In this document: positions 1 to 11,880 of the stretch, piece by piece
How positions within the stretch are numbered: the stretch's first letter is position 1
How the letters are laid out: each line of letters begins with the position of its first letter
Origin: Macrostomum hystrix
Taxonomy: Eukaryota; Animalia; Platyhelminthes
Direction of reading: 5' to 3'
Assembly (NCBI GenBank): GCA_950097015.1
Contig: CATNEN010000002.1
Span: 4,650,001 to 4,714,000, forward strand
Length of the DNA stretch: 64,000 bases
Notes under the pieces: generated by a model
The model's input: only the letters and a program-made list of their open reading frames with translations
Told to the model about the DNA's origin: nothing
Databases searched by the model: none
Made by a program: the position numbers and the translations under genes

Positions 1-129
1 CGGGATAACCAGATGAAATGCTAAAATAAAAGCAGCACAAATATAAGATTTCCGAAGAAAATTCGCTACTTTCTACTGAAGAACCACATTAAGTAGTGTA
101 GTTGGGATTTTACTAGAACATATTGAGCT

Positions 130-3100
130 TCAATTGAAAGCCAGGTCTTCGCCGCATCGGGTGCGCACCCGCAGTGGCACGGAGAGCCCGACCCGCTGGG
201 CCAGGTCCTCCATGACTCGGCCGAACTCCTGGCCGGCTCTGTCCGCCTCAGATTCGGCCACGTCCCACACCAGCTCGTCGTGCAGGTGCAGCACCAGGCG
301 GGCGTCCCGCAGGCTGGGCTGCTCGCGAGCCGCCTCCCAGCAGCGCAGCATCGCCAGTTTGCACAGATCGGCTGCGCTGCCCTGCACAATGGACCCATTA
401 AGAGTCAGCTCATATAATTAGCCAGGAATTCTAGGAAACCGTTTATGAGCAGTTTTTTTACAGTAGGACTACCAAGCCATTGCCGCCCGTCTTTATACCA
501 AGGGGGAATTCCCTTCAGAATTTTTTTGCAGCGTCTGAATGCTAGCAGCGTTTTGTGGCACGTGGTTGACAGACTTGGCGAGGGTGTCCTGTGGTTGAGC
601 TGCGCCTAATATTTAGGCTTGATCTGTGAAATTGGGAGAAATTCGCGTCAGGGACAGGGTGTCCATAGTGGTCTAGTTCCACCTGAATTGTAGTCCTTGA
701 AGGTCCAGGAGTCCGTCTAGACTCTAGATAAATGTAGGTGACCACCACAGACGAAGATCATGCAGGCACATTCGCGTGACACGCAGCTACAAAAAGTTGC
801 GCATGTTCTTGAGTTTCACACGCAATTCGTGTGCTTGATTTGCTCCGTTAGGTTGCAGCACACAACACTGTCAGGGGGTGGGGAGAAATCCCCTCTTGGT
901 AGTTCTACTGTTAAAAGCGAAACTTTGATTGTCGATTGTTCAGCGCAGGTGAAAAGAGGTTCCTGGTTGAGAACACGCAAGAACGCAGCGCGCCTCACCT
1001 GAATAGTAAAGTTGACCGCCTGTCGCTGCGCCCTCGCCCTAATGGACGGCGAAGAACTATCCATGCCGGCAAAGCAGCGCCGTCGGCCCATCACGGTCGA
1101 GACGCTGCTGTCGCCGGAGTTGGCGGCCTGGCGAGCTACGCGACGAAAATATTCGAAAGGCGTCGGCCAGCTACGCTGCAGGGCTTCGTACATCCGCTTG
1201 ACCTAGAATTAGCCGGATGTCGAGTGCAAATCGGTTAGCAAAAGTACGACTGTGTGCTCCCCAGTTCATCAGGCCTTCTCACCTGACCAATGCTAACAGC
1301 CGATGACAGAATCTCAGTCAGCTTCTGTTGGCAAGCGCCGTACATGGTCGCGTACACCAGCCTCTTTGTGACGTCACGATCAGCCGCGGTGACCTCCGCA
1401 GCTTCACCGTCGGCCGACTTGTCCAGACACACCCTGGCCAGGTCTACAAACACATCGGCATCGGCTGAGAAGGCCGCCTTCAATCGCGCATCGTCTGTTA
1501 GGTGGGCGAAGATGCGTAGCTCCACGTGCCGATAGTCTATGGCCAAGAGTCTGCGGCCGGGGCCAGCCGGAAAGCAAGCTCTGACGCTGTAGCGATCGCT
1601 GTCAGTGGCATCCTCGCACTGCCTGTAAATTGTACCAAACACTTGGCGATGACAAGCGGCTTTTTGAAGTGGCATCAAAGACTCAAACGCTTCAATCTTT
1701 AAATTGATTCTCAACGCTCCTCAAACCACTCAAGCGCATCTGTAAAGACTAAGAGAAGTGGTTGAGTCGTTAGCGAAGCGTTTGTCATTTAAACAACGCT
1801 GTTAGCGAAGCGTTTGAGTCGTTAGCGAAGCGTTTTAGTCGTTTGAGAAGTCTCTTAACTCAAACGCTTTGCTAACGACTCAAACGCTTCGCTAACGACT
1901 CAAACGCTTCTCAAACGACTCAAACGCTTCTCTAACGACTCAAACGCTTCTCAAACGACTCAAACGCTTCGCTTATGACTCAAACGCTTCGCTTATGACT
2001 CAAACGCTTCGCTTATGACTCAAACGCTTTGCTTATGACTCAAACGCTTTGCTTATGACTCAAACGCTTTGCTTATGACTCAAACGCTTCGCTAACGACT
2101 CAAACGCTTCTCAAACGACTCAAACGCTTCTCTAACGACTCAAACGCTTCTCTAACGACTCAAACGCTTCGCTTATGACTCAAACGCTTCGCTTATGACT
2201 CAAACGCTTTGCTTATGACTCAAACGCTTTGCTTATGACTCAAACGCTTCGCTTATGACTCAAACGCTTTGCTTATGACTCAAACGCTTTGCTTATGACT
2301 CAAACGCTTCGCTTATGACTCAAACGCTTTGCTTATGACTCAAACGCTTCGCTTATGACTCAAACGCTTCGCTTATGACTCAAACGCTTCTCAAACGACT
2401 CAAACGCTTCTCAAACGACTCAAACGCTTCTCAAACGACTCAAACGCTTCGCTTATGACTCAAACGCTTCTCAAACGACTCAAACGCTTCGCTTATGACT
2501 CAAACGCTTCGCTTATGACTCAAACGCTTCGCTTATGACTCAAACGCTTCTTAACTAGCCGTTTTACGCTCGTACATAAACAGCGCTCTCAAAATACGAT
2601 ATTGTCTTAAATGTTCTTAGCCAGTTACACATAGGTAGCCATACTTAGCCACTATTGTAGGTTGAGCATTCCGTACACAAATAATAGTTCACAATGCAGG
2701 ACTATACCTGGGAAGGCCTTGCAAATTAGGCAGGGAGCTGTAGAGTCGCCCAGTGACCGCCGAGCGCTGATCCCAAACTGGCCGAATTCGACCGTCGGAT
2801 TCCACGAACTCCTTTGATTCCACGATGCCGTTAGGAGGTGGCAATAATGCATTAAAGTGCCATTTAAAATTGATCCTAGCCTACGAGGTTCTAGCCTAGT
2901 AGCCTTGAGCGTCGCTCTAACGACTTAAAGGTCAGGGGTTCGATACCCGACTCCACTAGAACAACTTGTGTTCTTTAGCAAGACAATTGCTTTGGATTGC
3001 TTCAGTTCATTTTTGTGGTAGAAAAAGCAGGGTGGGTGTCGGCGTCCCCCCAGTCCATGGACTGAACAGCCGGTTGTGGCAGGTGTGATCTAGCATTATT

Positions 3101-6100
3101 ATTATTATTATTAAAAGGGATGAAAGTCACAAAAGTCTTTCTTAAATCCTCACTTTGTTCTTAATAGAAGGCCTAGTCTGTTAAATGTAATAAATACAAG
3201 TATAATTTATTCCATTACAATTTTACGCTGTAACCGGAAATTCAAAATAAGCACCAAAGTCTTTTTCTCAAAATCCGTCCTAAAATCCATGAAATCTCAC
3301 TAGAGATTTGAGCAGGTTTCTGTCCGTGGACAGTCATGTGCCACACCCACAAACGCTCACATGCTGTTAAGAGTAACTAAGAGCAAGAAACTTGTAACAT
3401 GATTGAACTATGGCGTATTAATTAAGTGTCTTTTCTGGACTAAGAATCGAACTGTTGACCTTCAAAACAAATTGGCGACAATTTCTCTAATAAACAGAAC
3501 GTATCGCTAAGATACTGTTCGACCTCTCACCTGGTAGCCCTCGCAGCAGACGCTGACAGTGCGGTGCAGCCGTCTGTAAGCCACCACCAGAGCGGGCAGC
3601 GGATGCTTCGGCGCCATCAGCATGAGCACCTCCTGCCTAGTTGACTGGTCGGCCACGGACTTGGCTAGGCCGCTGTGCTGCAGCTCCTCCTGGGTGAGCC
3701 GCTCGTGAAGGCGCAGCTTTTTGTACAATAAATTTTTCAACTGCAGCGGACTATTGATGCAGAAGGACTCGCCGCCAGCCTTTGTGAGGAAACAGTGTTT
3801 TTTCTATGAAAGCAAGCGTTTCACTTTCCTAAAAATCTTGTCCTAATTCTTAGAAATCAAGAGTCAATTTCTTAGAAATGTGACGTAAATTTCATAGAAA
3901 TAAGATGTCAGTTTCTTAGAATTATGATGTCAGTTTCTTAGAAATAATATGTTAGTTTCATAGAAATATAATGTCAGTTTCTTAGAAATAAGATTTTTTT
4001 CTTAGAAGTAAGATGTCTGTTTCTTAGAAAAAAATGTGTCAATTTCTTAGAAATCTAGCGCAAATTTCTAATACGTCTGGTGTAAATTTCTTAAAAATGT
4101 GGTTTCTTATTTCTTAGAAATGTGGTCAGAAATAAGGTGTCAACTTCTTAGAAATCTGGTGTCAATTTCTTAGAATTCTGATATCAATTTCTTAGAAATC
4201 CGGTGTCAATTTCTTAGAAATCCGGTATCAGTTTCTTAAAAATACGGTGTCAATTTCTTAGAAATCTGGCGTCTATTTCTTAGAAATCTGGTGTCAATTT
4301 CTTTGAAATCTGGTGTCAACTTCCAATACGAGCAAAAAATTATGCAGATTTCTTCTAAAACCAGCGTCCTTTTATGAGTCGTGTCATGAGAGCTATTCTA
4401 TATGAAAATTCAAGAAAAATTGCCACATATTTTTAAGGAAGATTTTGTCATATGTCTGAAAACTATTGGTCGCTCTAAGAAAAATTGTTACCTTTGAGTA
4501 AATTTGCGGAATGTTGCGCATGCGAAAATTACGTGTCGTTTAAGCAAATGTGGGGCCTAAACTTAACTTATGATTTTTTAATCATAATGATTCCTTTTCT
4601 GAATGAAAGCAACACACAAGCAATGCCAAACCTCATAGATATCCTTCTTTAGCCGTTCAAGTCGAGCCTCCAGAGCAGCTTTCATTTCCACCAGCCTCTT
4701 CTTGTCCACCCGAACCCCGGTGCGCTCCATCAGGTAGATTAGCGGCACCAGCGGCGACTCAAGCCGGCTGAACAGATCGAACATGCCCACCTGCCTGAGC
4801 CGTCGTTCCAGGCGCCACCATAGGCGGCCAATTAAAAAGGCCTGCAAAGGTTAGAAAGTTATCAACAGACAAATGAAGTTTTTTAGACAACAGCTAAAAT
4901 GACAGCAGCCCACTCCCAACGGTTTTAAAGACACTCACCTTTCTCCTAACAGTTAGAATGACATCCACCCCACTCCCGACAGTTAGAATGACACCCACCC
5001 CACTCCCAAAAGTTAGAATGACACCCACCCCAGTCCCAACAGCTAGAATGACACCCACCCACACCGGACAGTCAGAATGACACCCACCCCACTTCAACAG
5101 TGACATGACGACCACGCCACTCATAACAGCTAGAATGACACTCACTCCCAACAGTTAGAATGACACCCACCCCACTCCCAACAGCTGACATGACACCCAC
5201 CCCATTTTTCAAAACCCATCCACTACTAAACAGAATTGGTCATCTAAGAGCCACTTGGCGCACCTGTTCACGCAGCGGCAGCGTGCTAACCGCAGCCGGA
5301 TCAAAGCGGCCGGGCAGGTGCCGCAGCAGCAGCGAGTGCGCATCGTCCAGCGGCTTGTCTGGCTCCAGCAGGAAGTGGGCCAATGGCAAGTCCAGCACTC
5401 GCTGGCTCAAGTGCTGCAGCAGTTCTTCGCTGGCATCGGCTGCCGCCTTGTCTTCACTGGCTACAGAGGCCACCAGGTGACAGAATGCCTTTAGATTGGT
5501 GCAGCAAATGGTGGAGACACGGCTAGAGACGATCAGGCGAGTCAGGGAGGCTTGGAAATCGGCGCGGTTAGTGGCGCTCAGGCAGTAGGCTTGCGACAGC
5601 GAGACCGTCCGGCTGCCCACATTGCCGTAGAACAGAAACAGGCCGCCAAACCTGGGCCTGCCGTCAGAAGGCTGTCTACCAATGAGAGTCTCCTCCGTGG
5701 CGTCCGCCTGATCGCTGCCCTGCTGGCGGCCTCGCTCTGTCAGGCACAGCAGCAGCAGATCGCGCGAGATGTCATCCTCGGCGTCCTGGCGTCTGGCGAC
5801 CTCGGCATCAACCCGGTTTGAGTTGGGCTCGAGAATGAACTCAAGGATATCTTCGTCCGGGCTGGGCTTGGCCGCGGCACCAGAACTGGGCGAATTCTTC
5901 GGCGGCGACGTAGGCGGTGACGGAGGCGGCGGCGGAGTCGCTGGTCGCTGTGGAGACGATGGAGGAACTGCCTGCGGCGGCGGCGGAGACGGAGGCGCCG
6001 GCAGTGGAGACGGAGGCGGCTGCGGCGACGGCAGATCCGCCAAGCGAAGTTTCCAGCTCTGGCTGAAGAACTCCGGTCTCGGATTCATAATAAACAGGCG

Positions 6101-7462
6101 GCGGAGCTTGCATGACGGAGCCTCGGTCACTGACGAAGTCTCAGTGGGCCGATAGGTCGATGGACCTAACCAGGTTGGTGGCGCTTATTGAAAGTTGAAA
6201 ACAATTAGAGTGGATTGGATGGTGGGATAGTTTAGTAGGACTAATCTACCTCGACCACCTCCAAGTGTTAAAAGTAAGGAAGCTTAGTTATCACAGCTTC
6301 AACTGGAAGGTCCCGAGATCAAATCTCAGCACAAGAGAGATAATAATAGATAGAACAATACACGGAGGTTGTAGCCTTGTGTTAAGGTCGGGGGTTCGAT
6401 TCCCGACTCCACCGGAACAACGTGTGTAGCAAGACACTTAATTCTGCATTGCTTCAGCTCACCCAGCTGTTAAATGGATACCAGCTTTAGCTGTGGAAAA
6501 TTGAGGGTGGGTGTGGCGTCCCCCCAGTCCATGGACTGAAAAACTGTACGCAGCTGTCCCAATTAGGGCAGGTGTAATCAATTATTATTATTATTATTTA
6601 TATATAACAATGTGCTGGAGGGCTGCGGGCAATGACACATCACTTGGTGACACTAGACCCACAGCCAGCGAGGAGGCAATTCTGCCCATTCCGTTGACTC
6701 CTGAGCACACACACACACAGATACCGTACACAGGCACACAACTCACACAGGTGTGTGCATCTGCCTGACTTTCGCAGATGTCAGTCACTGTACACTATCA
6801 CTCGCCGCGGAATTGAACTCTTGGACCTTGGTGCGAGAGGCAAACGCGTTAGCACCCCCTAAGGGAGACAATTAGTGTCCTCAAGCAGGACACTGATTAC
6901 CAAAGTTGGCTAGGGTAGAAATTTGTTTGGGCTTGGGGGCCTCCATATTCTACGACTGAACGGACTGTACGCAGCTTTTGGAAGCTCCGCGCAATAGCCG
7001 CAGCTGTACCACTAGCTATACGTCTGAACTACGGAGTCCATAGAGTACATGGGGCGACTAGCACCGGAGTGTGTACAGGTACATTTATTCCCAAACCCCC
7101 AGAGTTATTATTGCACATAATTTAGTTTAGCTACCTGGCATATCGCGGCTATAATAAACGCTGCGCTTTCTACCGCATCCGCCGTCGCTTCTAGGATCAT
7201 CGCCAGAGCAATAAGAGGCCGGAGCCGTTCGAAAGACTGGGCCGTCGCGGGGTCCAGCGTACGGCATCCGGCCGGACTCTGCCACCGCCGTTCGCCTGAC
7301 CGCATCCCGGTGCCGCTGCCGGCGCAGGTAGCTCAGCACGTGGCGACATTCCGACGACAGGCCAGACGAGCCATCGGAGGATGTGGACGGAGCAACGGTG
7401 TCATCGATCACTGGCGGCTGTCCTGGCATCGGCCGGTAGCGGTACTGCCGTCCTGAGTGCAT
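130..7462 (-). CDS. POLN: Family A DNA polymerase, DNA polymerase nu-like; 8 coding exons (7135-7462, 5264-6165, 4632-4841, 3531-3779, 2708-2811, 1283-1622, 999-1202, 130-381), ~862 aa
   Basis: All introns are GT-AG with compatible phases. Motifs present: TGRLYSSLPNLQ (exon 2708-2811, absent from the ORF track), motif A LAIDYRHVELRIFAHL, motif B TKRLVYATMYG, QAVNFTIQGSAADLCKLAM, motif C LHLHDELVWDV. Motif B and QGSAADLCKLAM fit POLN better than POLQ, and there is no helicase domain. Confidence 0.85.
461..910. mobile_element. MITE (non-autonomous DNA transposon), family M1 copy 1
   Basis: Terminal inverted repeats CAGTAGGACTACCAAG ... CTTGGTAGTTCTACTG; right end followed by TTAA; internal sequence shared, in reverse orientation, with 18902-19394 and 47324-47943. 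Confidence 0.8.
1765..2550. repeat. 20-bp minisatellite (GACTCAAACGCTTCGCTTAT and variants) in a POLN intron, with a short inverted block at its left end
   Basis: Units line up every 20 bp in 1857-2550; reverse-complement units (GAGTCGTTAGCGAAGCGTTT) in ~1765-1850. Confidence 0.95.
2895..3112 (+). mobile_element. tRNA-derived SINE, family A
   Basis: B-box-like GGGGTTCGATACCCGACTCC, core TTTAGCAAGACA, 3' motif CCCAGTCCATGGACTGAAC and (ATT)n tail; homologous copies at ~6365, ~15457 and ~60990. Confidence 0.8.
3850..4330. repeat. Degenerate ~21-bp minisatellite (TGTCAATTTCTTAGAAATC..) in a POLN intron
   Basis: TTTCTTAGAAA recurs at roughly 20-22 bp spacing. Confidence 0.9.
4900..5205. repeat. 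~30-bp minisatellite (ACAGTTAGAATGACACCCACCCCACTCCCA) in a POLN intron
   Basis: Direct tandem units visible; explains the spurious GVILTVGS ORF. Confidence 0.9.
6365..6600 (+). mobile_element. tRNA-derived SINE, family A (most complete copy)
   Basis: A-box-like GTAGCCTTGTGTTAAGG, B-box GGGGTTCGATTCCC, core GCAAGACACTTAA...CACCCAGCTGTTAAATGGATACC, CAGTCCATGGACTG, (ATT)n tail. Confidence 0.85.
6605..6855 (-). mobile_element. tRNA-derived SINE, family B (internally deleted copy)
   Basis: Minus strand reads CGCGTTTGCCTCTCGCACCAAGGTCCAAGAGTTCAATTCCGCGGCGAG and ends GCCCGCAGCCCTCCAGCA; matches copies at 44710, 49230, 61357 and 62205. Confidence 0.8.
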
Positions 7463-8087
7463 TTTGAAGTGCTGAAAAAAGTGAGCATAGACTCATCAAT
7501 GCTCAACTCAACAGGGACACTGTGAGTAGCACAGCGGTTAGCTTATTCTACTAATTAATTAATAAAAGATTGAACCTGCCCCAGTTGGGCAAGATGTGCA
7601 GCTCTGTGTGTGTGCTAGCGTACAGCACCTGATCAGAATCGGAACATTGTTAGCAGATCTTGAAGTTATGGCATGCAAAGCATTTGGACAAATACACGCG
7701 ACTGTATAGTATTGGGGCATTAGGAAACTTTGATAAAAAAACAGCGAAAAAATAGAAAAACACAATTGGTATAGACAGCATGGGTCGAATACATAAGCCT
7801 GAAGCCTAACGATACGAAGAGCATTACAAACCAGCTATTAGCTGAGGTCTATCTAACGGGGCCGAGTCGGCACTAAGAACTAGGCTTTCCACGAATATGC
7901 ACGCTTGCCTGTCGGTCCCTATCTTATCTAAAGGCTAAGAGGAGTCACCACTAACCACTGCGTGGGCCCTTATATTCCAAAGAGTGGATTGCTTTGCGAC
8001 ACAAACTGCTAGATTCTTTCTGCCGAGAAAAATCAGAACTTAATATTGACTAAGCTTAAAGATATAGTTGCATTTTCACAGAGCAAA

Positions 8088-8594
8088 ATGCTGAGCACAA
8101 CAAGCGGCTTCACGCCGGGACAAGTTCAACGGTTCCGGTCCATGTTCTTCGTGCTACTGATCGGCGTGGTGATTCTCATGCTGGGCGTTGGCATACTATG
8201 CTTCGGCAGGATGTACGGCTTCGACTCTAGTCGATACGATCTATTCATGGTGTTCGGCGTCATCATTGTCACGATAGCAGCCGTGGCCATCACTGTACCA
8301 GTCTGCTGCCAGGTGAGAATCTACATGGAGGTACGCAGGGATAGCAAGGGAGACGAGATCGACTATGGACCAATGGGCACACTACCGGCTGGCACAGGAG
8401 GGTACATGTACCGCCAGCCGCAGCAGATGCCGGTGACCCAGCATCACAGCCAGCTGCCCTTCTCATCGGCAGCCTACATGATGAGCACTCAGCAAGCCCA
8501 ACAGCAGCAGCTGCAGGCCGTGCAGCGAATGGAACCGGCCTACAGTGGCAGCGGCAGCCAGGCATCGATCAATATTCAGAAAAAGCCTTTCTAA
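8088..8594 (+). CDS. Small two-pass membrane protein with a Q-rich cytoplasmic tail (168 aa), unknown family
   Basis: ATG at 8088 directly after a TTTTCACAG acceptor; GC-rich coding-like composition; two hydrophobic segments (FFVLLIGVVILMLGVGILCFG, LFMVFGVIIVTIAAVAITVPVCC). Confidence 0.7.
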   Translation: MLSTTSGFTPGQVQRFRSMFFVLLIGVVILMLGVGILCFGRMYGFDSSRYDLFMVFGVIIVTIAAVAITVPVCCQVRIYMEVRRDSKGDEIDYGPMGTLPAGTGGYMYRQPQQMPVTQHHSQLPFSSAAYMMSTQQAQQQQLQAVQRMEPAYSGSGSQASINIQKKPF

Positions 8595-11500
8595 ACTACT
8601 GAACTGGCAGTAGTATTGCCAATACTTAACAATATTTTGTACCTTTTAGCAACTCAAAAATCTGTGAGAAAAAGTCTGCAAGACTGCAAGCAATTTGTGT
8701 AAGTCAATTTTTAAGTGTTTGAAGGAAAATAATGCCATAAAGCAATAAATTCATTCAGGCATAGTCAACAATGTAATGAATTAAATCTAACAAAGAATAT
8801 AATTACATAAGTGTTTTAGGCCTATGAAAAAATATATACTCAGATACTAAACAAATGCGAGAAAAAACACTTAAATAGTTCTACTATTTCTATACTGGCC
8901 ATAGTTAGTGATGCACTAGGGGCTATATCACAGCACAATATGGATGAAACAATATCAACACATAATTAGAATCATTCTAAAACTCTCTCGCCAACTCAGA
9001 TGAAGTGCAGTTTACATTGGCTAGCTAAATGAAAATGAAAGAAAAGAGAAAAAAGATAATAGTTGTTTTCTTTGCAAATTGCTTTTAGCAACAACAGTAT
9101 ATATATATTTCACTTAAACATTCTTAAGCTGCTGCATTGCTACTCTTTTTTAGAAAAGCTTGTGGAAACTGCTAGATTTGAGTCATCTCTGGAATCTTCT
9201 GGGTTGCTATGCAAATATATATAATTAGCACATCTTTGGCAAATTGTATATAAAATATAATAATAAACATAGCTCTGCATTATTTGTATCCATAGTTTGT
9301 TCAAATCAATGGGATCTTGTTATTATCACTGTAGCTAGCTGGCTGGCTGGTAGCTATAACTATGGTATAAAATTTAGCCTTGCTCTTGTTTTCTAAGCCC
9401 CATGTTATAAACATGTAAATAAATTGCTAAACAAAGCTACTTGCATAGCTTAAGTTTGTATTTTTAAATATAAATGTCAAATAACTTAATATATTTATCT
9501 TCTGGTAACAGTTGGTGATACTAATGCTACAAATATGTAAAATTGCTACTTGCTTTAAAAAACTTTAATAAATAAATTATTTCTAGAGTCATAGGCCTAT
9601 TGCCTCAGGATATTTTATTTTAATAAAGACATTCAAATGTAAATGAACTAATTATATTCTAGAAAAAATCAATAGAATTGAATAATATTGTGACTCAAGA
9701 AATTAAGAAATGAAGATTTCATACAAATAAACCATATAATTTTTTACATAAAAATGACATGACCATTTAAAAAAACTTTAAATGAAGTTGAATTAATAAA
9801 AATAAAAAGCACTCAAAAAGCAAATGGGGGTAAAAAGCTAGTGATTCTATAAATTAGAATTGCAATAATCACGTGAAATTGAAATCATTAAAATTATATA
9901 CAAAGCGGTCATTAAAATGTATATTTTACTTAATACAGCCTATGTCATAATGGCTAATCATAACGTTTGAACTTAAACTGATTATTGTCACCTAAAAAAC
10001 TAAATCCCATTTAAACTTTAATAATAGTATACACAAATAGCCACGAAAAGGGACAGGTGACAATTCGAATTACGAAAGAGCCCAAAATTCATTATATACA
10101 ATAATGTATTAATTTATAATAGAGCTTTTCAACCGATTCCGATAGAAAAGCACTTTTTACTCGTATATTTTGAAGTCGTAACGAAAATGCTGAAGAGAAA
10201 TTAAAAAAACGCGACGTGCTACTTCTATTGATATTATTTTCTTAAAATAAAGTTATAATTATATATTGTAAATAATTTTGTCAAGACATGACGCAAAGTA
10301 ATTAAAGATGCGTTTTTAGGGGATTTAATTGTTTATATATTATTGTAAAAAGCTGGCACAAACTTCAGCGTCAAGTACGCAACATTCAGTAAGAAAATAA
10401 AATGCTGATTTAGGTCAGTGACCGAGGACAGCGTATATAAGTTACGCGAGTCGTCCTTTGTCTCGACAAGATGTCTGTCTGTCTTGTTGATTCTCGAAGT
10501 AGCTAGTGGCGTTTGGGTTTGTCGTACTCCGTACTCGTAAGCAAAATGAAGTTATTTTTATTTAACTTTTTATTTTTTAGTTTTCTAAAAACTGACACTT
10601 AGGTCTACTGAAAAAGTTTTTGTAGCCTAAAACTCTTTATTTTCTTTCGGTATTTATTACATTTGTTATAAAAGTTTTAAATAAAAGTTTGTTTTCGTGA
10701 TTTTTAAGCTCGTTTATCTTGGAAATCGTCGATGACTCATAACTAGTCAATTAAATGCACGAAATTATAAACCGTGCTAATGAGTCATCTAGACATCTAT
10801 GTTGGCGTTTTCATTGGGCACCTTAAGTGGCTAATAAACCTTGTTTTATTTAAGAGACATGCTTTTCAGCAAAAAAATTTAATCTTCTTTTCAGTGTAAG
10901 TGCTATGGGCTAATAACGAAACAAAAGCGAGGGATGCGTCCCTTACAGCATTTTGAGCATCTTTGACTTTTCCAGGCCTAGCTATATCTCTGCAAACAAG
11001 TAGACTGCATTTTCCACTATACTTTCTGATTGGCCTAGGGCCTATCTCTACTGTTTAGATGCCAATTGGAGCTTTCAGCTTTAATTAGTTAGTGGTTTAC
11101 TCATGCAACAGTCGCAAGACAATAGTAATAAGAAAGTCGTTACTTTAGTTAGTGATACCTAATTAGTATACTTACTGAGATTTTTGTCATAATATGCTCC
11201 CTAATGGTCAATACTATTAATACAGATCTTTTCAAAAATATAATAAATTAAATTGAACACCCTGAACTTTTTTGTTTCTAAGGAAACTAGTCCTGTTTCC
11301 ATGCAACCACAAGCTTAAAATGGCACTCGTGAATAAAACTAATAGCCTAGCTGGATTAGTGTGTTTGCAATGCATTGAATTGATATTTTTACTAAAAACA
11401 TTTGGGCTGAAAAAAAATTTTTTCATTAGTACTATACTTTTAAAGTTATTTTTTTAATTATCAGCACGCCGGGATTTATATAAGATCATTTGAGTCAGAT

Positions 11501-11880
11501 TTTTATGTAGATAAGTGTTAGAAGTGTTAGAGCAAACTTTCTAATTTTTACTATTTTTTAGATTTTATTTATATATATATGATTTTTACAGTTCAGTAAT
11601 AAGAAATCTTTACAATGGTTTTGGAAACTAATGTATAATTTTGTAACTGCCAAGTTAGGCCTACAAATTTTGTAATTCCCAAGCTCTAGCCATTACCAAT
11701 ATAGACTCAAAGAGTCTCAGTAGCTAGAATTGAAATAAATGTAGTCTCACCCCTGATTTGAGCTAAAGGACCTTCATGACACAGTCAGACACTGCTCTGG
11801 CTTTACCATTCTCATATTCACAGTAAAATAATCTAAAAAAGCTACTCATAATTTCAGCAGCGATAGTCAGGCAGTCAGCC

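Noticed and set aside
5160-6155. Plus-strand ORFs overlapping the GC-rich POLN exon
   Set aside because: Antisense shadows of a GC-rich, Pro-rich coding exon. The same applies to ORFs opposite PARP1, CHMP2A and PICK1 exons.
2895-6600. tRNA genes at the GGTTCGAT(T/A)CCC motifs
   Set aside because: No cloverleaf or acceptor stem; the motifs are SINE heads followed by a SINE body and (ATT)n tail.
130-7462. POLQ (polymerase theta) or bacterial PolI contamination
   Set aside because: No helicase domain, total length ~862 aa, POLN-type motifs and spliceosomal introns.
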